Positions 18,460-28,196 are shown, counted from the stretch's first letter. The stretch is DNA of 64,000 nt from Nitrospinales bacterium (GCA_965263085.1 OZ253582.1:1682714-1746713), one strand, 5' to 3'. Translations and numbers: made by a program. Notes: generated from the sequence alone by a model not told the origin.

Positions 18460-19077
18460 GTGAAAACTATAGATAGGAAGGCAATCATTACTGCAGTATT
18501 TTGTTTGTTCTTGGCAACGGCTTGTTCAAAAAAGCTCATTCCTCAGGAGTCAGGGAGCGTCAGCGGAGGAACAGAATCCTTGTCTGTTTTAAATGAACAG
18601 GACCAGGCCCCACAGGACCAGGCCCCATGGAATCCTGGTACGAACTCTGGTAGCTCCAATCCGTTTGTTTCAGGCGAACAGAACGATTCATCTGATACGG
18701 GCTCTGGTATGCAAGAGTCCCGGTTGCAGTCTTTCCAGGCATCAGGGGACTTGAAGGATATTTATTTTAAATTTGATCAATCCGGTCTGGACGATAATTC
18801 CAAAGAGGTCCTGAATCAGAATGCTGAGTTTATTAAAAATAATCCGAATATGCATATACAAGTTCAGGGTCATTGCGATGAGAGAGGCACCAATAATTAC
18901 AATATTGCTCTGGGTGAACGTCGTGCCCACTCCACCAAGGAATATCTGATGCGCCAAGGCGTGGATCGCAGTAAGTTGCATGTCATTAGCTATGGTGAAG
19001 AAAAGCCTTTCTGTTTTGAAAGCAACGAAGCTTGCTGGTCTCAGAACCGGCGGGCGCATTTCATGGTTTCAAAATAA
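18460..19077 (+). CDS. pal: Peptidoglycan-associated lipoprotein
   Basis: Lipobox-like LATAC, GHCDERG, YNIALGERRA, ISYGEEKP, NRRA; contains 15-bp tandem repeat 18598-18627. Confidence 0.94.
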   Translation: MKTIDRKAIITAVFCLFLATACSKKLIPQESGSVSGGTESLSVLNEQDQAPQDQAPWNPGTNSGSSNPFVSGEQNDSSDTGSGMQESRLQSFQASGDLKDIYFKFDQSGLDDNSKEVLNQNAEFIKNNPNMHIQVQGHCDERGTNNYNIALGERRAHSTKEYLMRQGVDRSKLHVISYGEEKPFCFESNEACWSQNRRAHFMVSK

Positions 19078-19121
19078 CTATTCCCCGTCTCTAACGATTC
19101 AGGATGGAATCGTACATATGT

Positions 19122-19163
19122 AAGGCTACTTTGGGGATTTGTCCCCATTGTAGCCTTTTTTTT
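19122..19163 (+). terminator. Rho-independent terminator after pal
   Basis: AAGGCTAC..TGGGGA..TCCCCA..GTAGCCTT stem + T tract. Confidence 0.75.
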
Positions 19164-19219
19164 GATAAGAGAATCCTGATTGCCAGTGCATTTATATTTT
19201 TAACGAAAGAGCAAAATTT

Positions 19220-20509
19220 ATGAAGGCGAAATTCACCCACATACTTTCTTTTTTGCTACTCTTAATATTCCTTTCCCCTGTTAACGCATTTGCTGATATT
19301 TTTGGGTCATCAGATAAAGTGAGCTGGGACAAGGTTCTTGTTGAGCTGAAAAAAATCCACTCCAGACTGGTGACTCTGGAGGTTAAGGAAATGGATAATT
19401 TGAAAAACTATTTTGAAACTATGCTACGCGAGATAGAAGATCTAAAGTATGCGGTTCCGCAACTTCAAGGCGTGGTAGAGTCGAACAAAGTCGAAACCTT
19501 GAGCGGTTTTGACAAGACCAATGCCAAACTGGATGGTTTAGCCGCGGAAGTTAAAAATCCGGTTTTGGGTAAAATCCACCAAAACCTGCAACTGTTTAGG
19601 AAAGAGCAGAAAAGCCTGAAAGAGGGTCTGGCGCAGGATATAGAGGAATTTGAACAGTCCAGCAAAACAAACTTCCAGGAATTTTCTGTAGCCAACAAAA
19701 AAGGTTTCGATGATACCATCGCTCTTTTTCGCACAGACGTCATTCCTGCTATGGCTATGGAAAACCAGAAGAGCCGGAAGATAATGCTGGAACAGCTGGC
19801 TCATGCCAGCACGGAAACCCAGAAAACTCTGGAAGCTTTCTCCTCGAAAAATAAACAGTTGAACCAGAAGTTGATTGAAATTCTTGAGAAGAGCCTGAAG
19901 CAGGGGCTGGATACCAAATCCCTGCTGGATTCCATCAAAAAGGACCTGAAAACCACTCATACCAGTGCAGAGAGGACCAATAATCAGCTTCTTGCCGCAG
20001 ATAAAAAAATTAATGTGTTGGCCGAAGGCCTGAAGGCTCAAAACACTGTATCCAATGAAGCGCTTGGTGCTCTCAAAGCAGAGTTGGAGCAGGCCGGAAA
20101 GTTCAACAAATTAGCCGATGAAAAACTTAACAAGCTTATTGATCTGTCTTCAACGCTTGCTACTTATTCCACAGAGATCGAAAGCTCGGTGGTTGGGCAG
20201 TTAAAAGATTTGGCGCAGAAAGAAGATGCCCGTACTACCAAAGTGGACTTGGCAAATGAGGAGTTCTCCCGCTTGATTGAAATTCTCAAGGTGATTGCCG
20301 AGGAACAGGCAAAGTTGGGTCCTGTTGCTACGGCACTGGGCAATATGCAAAAAGAGCAGGTAGATTTAAAGAAAACCCAGGGAGAAATCAAGGAAGCACT
20401 TGCCGATTTACGCCGAAAAGCGAATGTAAATCTTTCCCGAAACGATGACATTAAGAAAACTCTTGGGCAATTAAGTTCCACAAAAAGTAAGGAGGCCGGT
20501 GGTCAATAG
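19220..20509 (+). CDS. Secreted long coiled-coil protein of unknown function
   Basis: Signal peptide ending AFA; heptad-like K/E/L/Q-rich sequence. Confidence 0.75.
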   Translation: MKAKFTHILSFLLLLIFLSPVNAFADIFGSSDKVSWDKVLVELKKIHSRLVTLEVKEMDNLKNYFETMLREIEDLKYAVPQLQGVVESNKVETLSGFDKTNAKLDGLAAEVKNPVLGKIHQNLQLFRKEQKSLKEGLAQDIEEFEQSSKTNFQEFSVANKKGFDDTIALFRTDVIPAMAMENQKSRKIMLEQLAHASTETQKTLEAFSSKNKQLNQKLIEILEKSLKQGLDTKSLLDSIKKDLKTTHTSAERTNNQLLAADKKINVLAEGLKAQNTVSNEALGALKAELEQAGKFNKLADEKLNKLIDLSSTLATYSTEIESSVVGQLKDLAQKEDARTTKVDLANEEFSRLIEILKVIAEEQAKLGPVATALGNMQKEQVDLKKTQGEIKEALADLRRKANVNLSRNDDIKKTLGQLSSTKSKEAGGQ

Positions 20510-20603
20510 AACAACCGGGTAGCAAAAGCTTTTTCGTGGCCCCAAAATGGTTCCACTTTTTTAGAACTTGACCGATTGATGACTCCCGCTGCTCTGCCTC
20601 GTT

Positions 20604-21971
20604 ATGGTTAAAACCACTACTATTTTTGTTTGCCAGGAATGCGGATATCAGACCCCGAAGTGGATGGGCAAGTGCCCCGAATGCATGGACTGGAACAGTT
20701 TTGTCGAAGAGGCCTCGCGCCAGCCATCGGTTTCACGTAATGCTAAGCGAAGCCCGGATTCCTCAGTATTGATCCCCATTACAGAAGTTCAGTCGATCGT
20801 TGATAATCGTTTGACCACTGGCATCGGAGAGTTTGACCGGGTTCTTGGTGGAGGTATGGTCGAAGGTTCGCTTATCCTGATTGGTGGCGAACCGGGGATC
20901 GGGAAGTCGACTCTCACTTTACAAAGCATGGGTCATTTGGCTCGGCTTGGGAAAAAAGTTCTGTATGTTTCCGGGGAGGAATCGGGTTCCCAGATCAAGC
21001 TCCGCGCCGAACGCCTCAACGCTTTGTCTGAGAACCTTCTGGTTTGCTCTGAGATTTGTGTAGAAGACATTCTTCAATGGGTCAATAAGGTTGAGCCTGA
21101 TGTGTTGGTGCTGGATTCTGTGCAAACTTTTTACACTTCAGATTTGCAGTCTGCCCCGGGGAGTATTGGGCAGGTGCGGGAAGTGGTATTCAAAATTTTT
21201 CAATCCATCAAACAGCGTGGTCTGCCAACTCTTTTGATCGGTCACATCAATAAAGATGGGGCGATAGCCGGTCCAAAATCTTTAGAGCATATTGTGGATA
21301 CGGTGGTTTATTTTGAAGGTGACCAGAGTCATGCTTACCGGGCCTTAAGGGCGACTAAAAACCGGTTTGGTCCCACTCCAGAAATCGGAGTGTTTCAAAT
21401 GGAACAGGAAGGACTGGTGCCGGTGGAAAATCCTTCTGAATGGTTTTTGTCTGAGCGCCCTGAAGATTCTCCAGGTTCTGCTATTGCGGCGACCCTTGAG
21501 GGAAGCCGCACTTTGCTGGTCGAGGTTCAAGCTCTGGTCAGCACGTCTTCTTCCATAGGTATGCCTAGAAGAATGGCTACAGGTTTTGACCATAACCGCA
21601 TGTCCTTGTTGATCGCTATTATCGAAAAACGAATGGAGTTTCACCTGCAGGGCGAAGATATTTTCGTGAATCTGGCAGGCGGAATAAAAATTACTGAACC
21701 GGCCTTGGATTTGGCAGTTGTAGTAGCGATTGCGGGAAGTTTTCGTGATAGGGTTATAGACCCGCAAACTGTGTTAGTCGGAGAGGTGGGCTTGACGGGA
21801 GAGGTTCGGTCTGTTGGGCAAGTTGGATGCCGTATTCTGGAAGCGAGAAGACTTGGTTTTAAACGTTGTGTTATCCCGTATTCGGCAAAAAAAGCAAAGA
21901 ACCTACCGGATGAAGGTATTGAGTTGTTATTTGTAAAAAATCTTGCTGAAGTTTTTGAGTACTTATTTTAA
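20604..21971 (+). CDS. radA: DNA repair protein RadA/Sms
   Basis: CQECG..KWMGKCPEC, GGEPGIGKST, KNRFG. Confidence 0.96.
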   Translation: MVKTTTIFVCQECGYQTPKWMGKCPECMDWNSFVEEASRQPSVSRNAKRSPDSSVLIPITEVQSIVDNRLTTGIGEFDRVLGGGMVEGSLILIGGEPGIGKSTLTLQSMGHLARLGKKVLYVSGEESGSQIKLRAERLNALSENLLVCSEICVEDILQWVNKVEPDVLVLDSVQTFYTSDLQSAPGSIGQVREVVFKIFQSIKQRGLPTLLIGHINKDGAIAGPKSLEHIVDTVVYFEGDQSHAYRALRATKNRFGPTPEIGVFQMEQEGLVPVENPSEWFLSERPEDSPGSAIAATLEGSRTLLVEVQALVSTSSSIGMPRRMATGFDHNRMSLLIAIIEKRMEFHLQGEDIFVNLAGGIKITEPALDLAVVVAIAGSFRDRVIDPQTVLVGEVGLTGEVRSVGQVGCRILEARRLGFKRCVIPYSAKKAKNLPDEGIELLFVKNLAEVFEYLF

Positions 21972-21980
21972 TAGTCAACT

Positions 21981-22673
21981 ATGAATGTATGCGCGATCAT
22001 TCCTGCAGGAGGGCAGGGGACCCGAATGGGAGGGACGGTCCAAAAACAGTTTCAGGCGCTGAGAGGAAAACCTATCCTGCATTACACCTTGAAAACGTTT
22101 CAGGAATCAGGACTCATTGATTCTTTGGTTCTGGTGGTGCCTAAAAACGAACTGAAAAATGCAAGTGCCGACTGGCTAAGGCATCCACCGATCGTTGAGC
22201 AAGTTGTAATGGGGGGTGAAAAAAGGCAGGACTCTGTTTTTAACGGCTATCAGGCTCTTCCCGCAGACACCGATATTGTTCTAGTTCACGATGGGGTGCG
22301 TCCTTTTTTATCGAAGAAGATGATTCAGGAAACGATCCAAGTTGCCGAAAAATCTGGCGCGGTGATCACGGCTATTCCTGTCAGCGATACCATTAAACAG
22401 GTAGATGGCTCCGGCAAGGTTGAGCGTACTGTGGAACGCAAGGGATTGTGGCGCGTTCAGACTCCGCAGGCTTTTCGCTATGACCTGCTCGGGAAGGCTT
22501 TTCGTAATGCTCAGAAGGATTCCTTTTATGGTACGGATGAAGGTGCCTTGATCGAATATCTGGGGCAGGAGGTCTGGGTTGTGGATGGCTCCGAATGGAA
22601 TCTGAAAATCACCTGCCCGGAAGATCTGGTTTTGGGTGAAAGTATTGTGGCAAAATTGTTCCCGGAGATTTGA
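21981..22673 (+). CDS. ispD: 2-C-methyl-D-erythritol 4-phosphate cytidylyltransferase
   Basis: PAGGQGTRMG, RQDSV, VHDGVRPF, QTPQAF, NLKIT. Confidence 0.94.
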   Translation: MNVCAIIPAGGQGTRMGGTVQKQFQALRGKPILHYTLKTFQESGLIDSLVLVVPKNELKNASADWLRHPPIVEQVVMGGEKRQDSVFNGYQALPADTDIVLVHDGVRPFLSKKMIQETIQVAEKSGAVITAIPVSDTIKQVDGSGKVERTVERKGLWRVQTPQAFRYDLLGKAFRNAQKDSFYGTDEGALIEYLGQEVWVVDGSEWNLKITCPEDLVLGESIVAKLFPEI

Positions 22674-22784
22674 GGTTTTATTTATCGCTGTGATCTTAAA
22701 AAAAAGTCTGCTCCCTGAAAGCTTTCAGACCATCTAATACCTGTTTAGAAAATAGAATTTAACCTTATCCAGGGAGAAAGAAAA

Positions 22785-23222
22785 ATGTTACAACCCGGAA
22801 CCGATGCGCCTGATTTTTCTGTTAAAGATCATAACGGAAACACCGTAAACCTGAAGGACTGCAGAGGGGGAAAAGTGGTGCTTTGGTTTTACCCCAAGGC
22901 CGATACTCCCGGTTGCACCATGGAAGGCCAGGGGTTCCGCGATGACTACAAAAGCTTTGAGGAAAAAAATGTCCGGATTTTTGGGGTTAGCCTGGACAAT
23001 GAAGCAGATAATAAAGTTTTTGCGGAAAAATTCTCCTTCCCCTATCCCCTCCTTTGCGATGTGAATCGAGAAGTCGCCCTAGCTTATCACGCCGTAAAAA
23101 GTGCTGAAGAGCAATACGCCGCCCGCATTACCTATGTGATCGGGGAAGATGGTAAGATTCTTGAAAGTATCGAAAGCGTGGACACCAAGACTCATTCACA
23201 AGGTTTATGCTCCCGCCTATAA
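22785..23222 (+). CDS. bcp: Peroxiredoxin, BCP/PrxQ type
   Basis: FYPKADTPGCT (Cys encoded by TGC, not Sec). Confidence 0.88.
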   Translation: MLQPGTDAPDFSVKDHNGNTVNLKDCRGGKVVLWFYPKADTPGCTMEGQGFRDDYKSFEEKNVRIFGVSLDNEADNKVFAEKFSFPYPLLCDVNREVALAYHAVKSAEEQYAARITYVIGEDGKILESIESVDTKTHSQGLCSRL

Positions 23223-23413
23223 CCCGCTGGCGCGGGACCAACTGGCAATAGCGGGTTCAGCGACTCAGAGGGTAGCTCGGCCTAACGAGCCCTTATCCCT
23301 TGTACCCCTCCGGAAGCCACATGTTATGTTCCTTCATTAGTCTTTATGCCTCTCGAGGTAGCGTTACCACCATCTTGACCACACGCCGAGTGATACCCCT
23401 GCGGCTAGCAGTT
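23221..23413. ncRNA. Candidate structured non-coding RNA (~190 nt imperfect rod)
   Basis: Ends pair (AACCCGCTGGC..GCGGG with CCCTGC..GCTAGCAGTT); internal ACTGGC/GCCGAGT and CTCAGAGG/CCTCTCGAG; hairpin GCTCG/CGAGC; no credible ORF. Confidence 0.45.
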
Positions 23414-23440
23414 GACGTGACCGAGTTGGGGCGTTATGAT
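23412..23440 (+). promoter_or_regulatory. Putative sigma70 promoter of the DHS-like gene
   Basis: TTGACG-17 nt-TATGAT. Confidence 0.6.
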
Positions 23441-23473
23441 TTCTTTTTACTAAATTTCTAGCAGGGAGCAAAA

Positions 23474-24571
23474 ATGGGGTACAAAGAATCTTATATGCCT
23501 GAACCCTTGGATGAGGACAAGAAGAAGAAAAAAAAAGAAATTTTAAACACCCGGATTGCTCCTGTTGATTTTGGAAATATAAATGATGTTGGTGATCTGG
23601 TGGAATCGTTTCAATCAGCTTCCATTCAGGCGAGAAACCTCGGGCAATGTGCTAAAATATTTGGGGCGATGCTTCAGGATGAGGAAAAACCCACTATTAT
23701 CCTGGGGCTTGCGGGCCCATTGATCGCGGCGGGACTGAGGAAAGTCATCCGCGATATGGTGCATTACAATATGGTGGATGTGATTGTTTCCACTGGAGCT
23801 ATTTTATATCAGGATTATTACAACGCCCTCGGCGGTAGCCATTATTATGGTAGTCCCAATGCCGATGACACCCAACTCAGAGAACTCTTCATTAACCGGA
23901 TTTATGACACTTATGTTGATGATGAATTATTTGTCGAGGACGACACTCTGGTGGGAAAGTTCGCCGATACTTTAGAACCTGGGAACTATTCCAGCAGAGA
24001 TTTTATCTCCCGGCTTTCTGAGACCGTCAATGATGATGAGTCTATTCTCGCAACGGCCCGAAAAAATAACATTCCTGTTTTTTGTCCGGCCATCAACGAC
24101 TCAAGCCTGGGGATAGGATTGACAGAGCATTACTACGGGGCTCGTAAAGAAGGGCGTAGGCCCATCACCATTGATTCTATTCGCGACAATTACGAACTCA
24201 CTCAGATCGTGGTGAATTCAACACGAACGGCGGCTTTTTATGTTGCAGGTGGAGTTCCTAAAAACTATGTCAACGATTCAGTCGTCATGGCCTATATTTT
24301 TGGTAAGGATACCGGCGGTCACAAATATGCCCTGCAGGTAACCACTGACTCACCGCATTGGGGTGGATTGAGCGGCAGTACGTTGGCTGAGGCGCAGTCA
24401 TGGGGCAAAATCAATAAGGAGGCGACACATAGCATGGCGTTTGTCGAGCCCAGTGTCTCGCTTCCTTTAATTTATGGTTATGTGTTTCAAAAAGGTCTTT
24501 ACAAAGGGCGCCCCAGATTGGATTTTGAATGGGAGGGTGATACCTTGCAAAAAATTACCCGTCGTGAATAG
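23474..24571 (+). CDS. Deoxyhypusine synthase-family protein
   Basis: VSTGA, RIYD, CPAINDSS, GGVPKN, GGLSGSTLAEAQSWGK. Confidence 0.9.
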   Translation: MGYKESYMPEPLDEDKKKKKKEILNTRIAPVDFGNINDVGDLVESFQSASIQARNLGQCAKIFGAMLQDEEKPTIILGLAGPLIAAGLRKVIRDMVHYNMVDVIVSTGAILYQDYYNALGGSHYYGSPNADDTQLRELFINRIYDTYVDDELFVEDDTLVGKFADTLEPGNYSSRDFISRLSETVNDDESILATARKNNIPVFCPAINDSSLGIGLTEHYYGARKEGRRPITIDSIRDNYELTQIVVNSTRTAAFYVAGGVPKNYVNDSVVMAYIFGKDTGGHKYALQVTTDSPHWGGLSGSTLAEAQSWGKINKEATHSMAFVEPSVSLPLIYGYVFQKGLYKGRPRLDFEWEGDTLQKITRRE

Positions 24572-24629
24572 CTACGCGGCAGAGTGCCAGAGAACAATAG
24601 CCTTATCTGCTTACAATTGTTTCTCTCGG

Positions 24630-25790
24630 CTACCCCTTCTTGCTAAATTCCCCCAACGGGAGTGAGTAGTCGCGGTTAAGATCGAGAAACACTCGGGCCT
24701 GATTGATTTGGGGAGCAGTCTCAAGCTTGGACTTGATGTTTGCCACCAGAGTGCGTGAGCTTTCCATATTTCTCTTCGAGTCGACCCTGATAAACACGTC
24801 CACAATATTCTTTCCTTTGATATGATGCACTCGTATTTCGGGTTGCGATATACTCCCATCCAGTTCTGAAATCAATGGTCGGGCAATTTTGATCAGCTCT
24901 TTTCTCGTAATGGGATAGATAGCCTCGACTTCCGCATCGGATTCACCATCGACATGAACCAGGACATCCTGAATATTGTCGAAGGTCTTGATGAGGTTAC
25001 GTCGGGCGATTTCAGCGACCCTGTGGCCTTCAGTGACCGTCATTTCAGGGTCAACGAGGATGTGCACATCGATGAGAAACTCTCCACCAATGGCACGACT
25101 GCGCAAATCATGAAAATGTAAAACCTCGGGGATTTCACTCAAAATAGTATGAATTTTCTGGGTGTGTTCATCGCTGAGTGCCGTATCCATCAAGTCCCGA
25201 ACACCTTGCCGGGTGATGTCGATACCGACTTTCACGATCATGCAACCGACTACAACTCCCGCCAATGGATCCATGAAAGGAAATCCCTGTTTGGCTCCGA
25301 TAATTCCGATCAGAGCGGCGGCAGACGAAATGGCATCGGTTCTGTGATGCCAAGCGTTGGCGACTAGTGATGGGCTTTGTGTCGTCTTTCCTACCCGGAG
25401 GGTGTAATGATAAAGCCCTTCGTTAATGAGAATCGAAAGTGTTGCGGCGATAACTGCCAGTAAACCCGGTGTTTTTCCGAAGCCTTCGTTAATGGATTGC
25501 CAGACTTCATGGATAACACCGATGCCGGTGGCGATGATGAACAGCCCGATGATGGTGGCTCCTATCGTCTCCGCCCGCCCATGCCCGTAAGGGTGGTCTT
25601 TGTCCTGTGGCATTTTCCCGATTCTGTGGGTGAACAGGACAATGACGTCTGTCACCAGATCGGAAAGGGAGTGAATGGCATCCGCCACCAAGGCAACGCT
25701 GTTTCCCAGAATTCCTCCGGCAAACTTAAAAATAGAAAGCAGTAGATTGGCGATAGCGCCAACGATTATGGCTCGGATTCCGAGGGTCAT
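24630..25790 (-). CDS. Cation diffusion facilitator (CDF/FieF-like) metal transporter
   Basis: ADAIHSLSD, HPYGHGRAE, AWHHRTD, dimerisation domain TEGH..VHVD. Confidence 0.92.
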   Translation of the reverse strand: MTLGIRAIIVGAIANLLLSIFKFAGGILGNSVALVADAIHSLSDLVTDVIVLFTHRIGKMPQDKDHPYGHGRAETIGATIIGLFIIATGIGVIHEVWQSINEGFGKTPGLLAVIAATLSILINEGLYHYTLRVGKTTQSPSLVANAWHHRTDAISSAAALIGIIGAKQGFPFMDPLAGVVVGCMIVKVGIDITRQGVRDLMDTALSDEHTQKIHTILSEIPEVLHFHDLRSRAIGGEFLIDVHILVDPEMTVTEGHRVAEIARRNLIKTFDNIQDVLVHVDGESDAEVEAIYPITRKELIKIARPLISELDGSISQPEIRVHHIKGKNIVDVFIRVDSKRNMESSRTLVANIKSKLETAPQINQARVFLDLNRDYSLPLGEFSKKG

Positions 25791-25815
25791 AGTACTGACT
25801 GAATAGGTTAAAGAT

Positions 25816-26898
25816 TCAAGCTTTGCTGTTAGTTAATTTCTTTATAATTTTAACATTGGCTGCGGGAAAAGGATATGTGTCTAATTCCTCTGTCTTCACC
25901 CAGTTCCATTCCTCGCATTGAGTTGGCGAAATCTTCCCTGATTGGATTCTACAAAGGAAAACATAAAGGGTCACCCGAAAGCGGGTATAGCTGTGCTTGA
26001 CCGTCATAAGCTTTTCATCAATATGGAGAGCTACACCCAGTTCTTCTTTGATTTCACGACGTAAGCATTGCTTGGCAGATTCACCGGATTTAAATTTTCC
26101 TCCGGGGAATTCCCACAGTCCGCCCATCAATCCTCCAGCTTTTCTCTTCTGAATATAGATCTTATTTTGCCGCAAGATGACCGCAGCGCTGACTTCAATT
26201 TTTGTAGTTGAAGCCTTTTTCTTGCTCGGTGGGTAAAGATTCTGTTTTCCGGATTTTTGCGCTTTGCAGTCTCTCTTTAGAGGGCAGAGCAGGCAAAGGG
26301 GATTTTTAGGTAGGCAGACTGTGGAGCCCAGTTCCATAAAGGCCTGATTGAAATCACCGGCGCCTGTTTCGGGCAGAAGGCTTTGCATGGTTTCCCACAA
26401 AATATTTTCTGATTTGCGATCGCTGCCATTTTCTTTAAGCAGAAAAAGTCGTGACAAAACCCTTTTAACATTACCATCAAGCACGGGAACCTTTTGTCCG
26501 AAAGCAATGCTAAGAACGGCTCCTGCTGTGTAGCGACCGACCCCGGGCAGTTTCAGGATTTCATTCATCGAATCCGGAACTTTCCCGGAATATTCCCGTT
26601 GGATTTTTTGTGCGGCTTTTTTCAAATTGCGGGCGCGGGAATAATAACCCAATCCCTCCCAGTGTTTTAAAACTATGGACTCCCGAGCCTGTGCCAGTTG
26701 TTGCAGGGTGGGAAACGATTTCATCCACCGCTCAAAATATGGGATGACTGTTTTTACCTGAGTTTGTTGCAACATGAACTCCGACACAAGAATGCGATAA
26801 GGGTTCCGGTTATTGCGCCAAGGCATCTCTCTTTTTTCTTCTCCGTACCATTTCAGTAATTGTTTCTGCAGAGTTTTTCTGGAGGCGAGAGTGTTCAT
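25816..26898 (-). CDS. mutY: A/G-specific adenine glycosylase with C-terminal Nudix domain
   Basis: SEFMLQQTQV, WEGLGYYSRARNL, LPGVGRYTA, DGNVKRV, 4Fe-4S Cys motif; intact Nudix box. Confidence 0.94.
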   Translation of the reverse strand: MNTLASRKTLQKQLLKWYGEEKREMPWRNNRNPYRILVSEFMLQQTQVKTVIPYFERWMKSFPTLQQLAQARESIVLKHWEGLGYYSRARNLKKAAQKIQREYSGKVPDSMNEILKLPGVGRYTAGAVLSIAFGQKVPVLDGNVKRVLSRLFLLKENGSDRKSENILWETMQSLLPETGAGDFNQAFMELGSTVCLPKNPLCLLCPLKRDCKAQKSGKQNLYPPSKKKASTTKIEVSAAVILRQNKIYIQKRKAGGLMGGLWEFPGGKFKSGESAKQCLRREIKEELGVALHIDEKLMTVKHSYTRFRVTLYVFLCRIQSGKISPTQCEEWNWVKTEELDTYPFPAANVKIIKKLTNSKA

Positions 26899-26929
26899 CG
26901 GAGCAGGGGGATTGGCCGGAGGCAAAACC

Positions 26930-27568
26930 TCACACGCCGATAGCGTTTTCACTCCAGATGACTTTATGAAGCTGGGTTTGTAGGCGCACTGGTAGCCGGT
27001 CTTCAAGTATCCATTCGGAGAGGTCTTTCAGATTGAGCTTGTCATAAACCGGGGAAAATAAAATCTGTATGGAGGAGTGCAGGTCGCTTTTTTGCAGTAG
27101 GTCGCGGCTCCATTCATAGTCGGTGCGGTCAAGCAGGACAAACTTGACTTCATCATGTGGAGCAAGGAGTCTCAGGTTTCCAGGATGGTTCTTTTTTTCC
27201 TCTCCGCTTCCGGGGCATTTAATGTCGAGGATTTTTATCACTTCTTCAGGCACCTTATCAATCGGCAGTGCGCCGCCTGTTTCCAACATGACTTTGTAGC
27301 CTTTTTCCAGCAGCGCGTCCATAAGTGGATAGACGTCTTCCTGCATCAAGGGTTCTCCACCTGTGATTTCGACTAACGGAAGAGAGAAGCTGTTCACCTT
27401 ATCCACGGTTTCATCTATAGAGAGGTTTTCCCCTTCATAAAAAGCATAGGCAGTGTCACACCAGGAGCAGCGCAGGTTGCATCCTGTTAACCGAACAAAG
27501 ACACAGGGGAGACCGGTGTGAGACGATTCGCCTTGAATGCTCGCATAAATTTCGTTAATTTTAAGCAT
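26930..27568 (-). CDS. queE: 7-carboxy-7-deazaguanine synthase
   Basis: SIQGE, RLTGCNLRCSWCDT, TGGEP, QLHK. Confidence 0.92.
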   Translation of the reverse strand: MLKINEIYASIQGESSHTGLPCVFVRLTGCNLRCSWCDTAYAFYEGENLSIDETVDKVNSFSLPLVEITGGEPLMQEDVYPLMDALLEKGYKVMLETGGALPIDKVPEEVIKILDIKCPGSGEEKKNHPGNLRLLAPHDEVKFVLLDRTDYEWSRDLLQKSDLHSSIQILFSPVYDKLNLKDLSEWILEDRLPVRLQTQLHKVIWSENAIGV

Positions 27569-27653
27569 GCGGTTTTAAATTTCCATATGGATTTTAACCT
27601 TCAAATAGATTATTTTAATTCTACAATATTTATGATAGAAGGTTCATTAAACT

Positions 27654-28196
27654 TTGGCTAAATTTTATACAGAACTGGATGGAAAGCTACGGGAGTTTAT
27701 TGCTGAACAGAAAATATTTTTTGTCGGTACAGCTGCTTCCGAAGGTCGGGTTAATCTGTCTCCCAAGGGTATGGATAGCCTTAAAGTTCTCGACACCAAC
27801 CAGTTGATATGGCTCAATCTTACTGGGAGTGGCAACGAAACCGCCGCACACGTGCTGGAACAACCTCGTATGACCCTTATGTTCTGTGCGTTTGAGGGAA
27901 AACCGTTGATATTAAGAATCTACGGAAAGGCCTGGGCCATTCATCCCAGAGACGAAGAATGGGGGAAGTGGATCACACTGTTTCCCGAGTATCCTGGTTC
28001 GCGACAGATGTTCATGCTTAATGTCGATTCGGCGCAGACCTCATGCGGATTCGCGGTTCCAAATTATCAGTATCAGGAGGACCGTGGCGACTTGGTTTGC
28101 TGGGCGGAAAAGACCGGCGCTGACGGAGTCAAAGAGTACTGGAAGAAAAACAACCAAACTAGCATCGACGGTAAACCGACCGATATTTTTGAATGA
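27654..28196 (+). CDS. Pyridoxamine 5'-phosphate oxidase-family FMN-binding protein
   Basis: NLSPKG, TGSGNET, SCGFAVP, SIDG. Confidence 0.85.
   Translation: MAKFYTELDGKLREFIAEQKIFFVGTAASEGRVNLSPKGMDSLKVLDTNQLIWLNLTGSGNETAAHVLEQPRMTLMFCAFEGKPLILRIYGKAWAIHPRDEEWGKWITLFPEYPGSRQMFMLNVDSAQTSCGFAVPNYQYQEDRGDLVCWAEKTGADGVKEYWKKNNQTSIDGKPTDIFE

Noticed and set aside
22911-22920. Selenocysteine in the peroxiredoxin active site
   Set aside because: The codon is TGC (Cys); there is no in-frame TGA.
23254-23343. Group I intron core (GTTCAGCGACT resembling R, TTAGTC resembling S)
   Set aside because: There is no room for or match to the P/Q elements, and no interrupted host gene.
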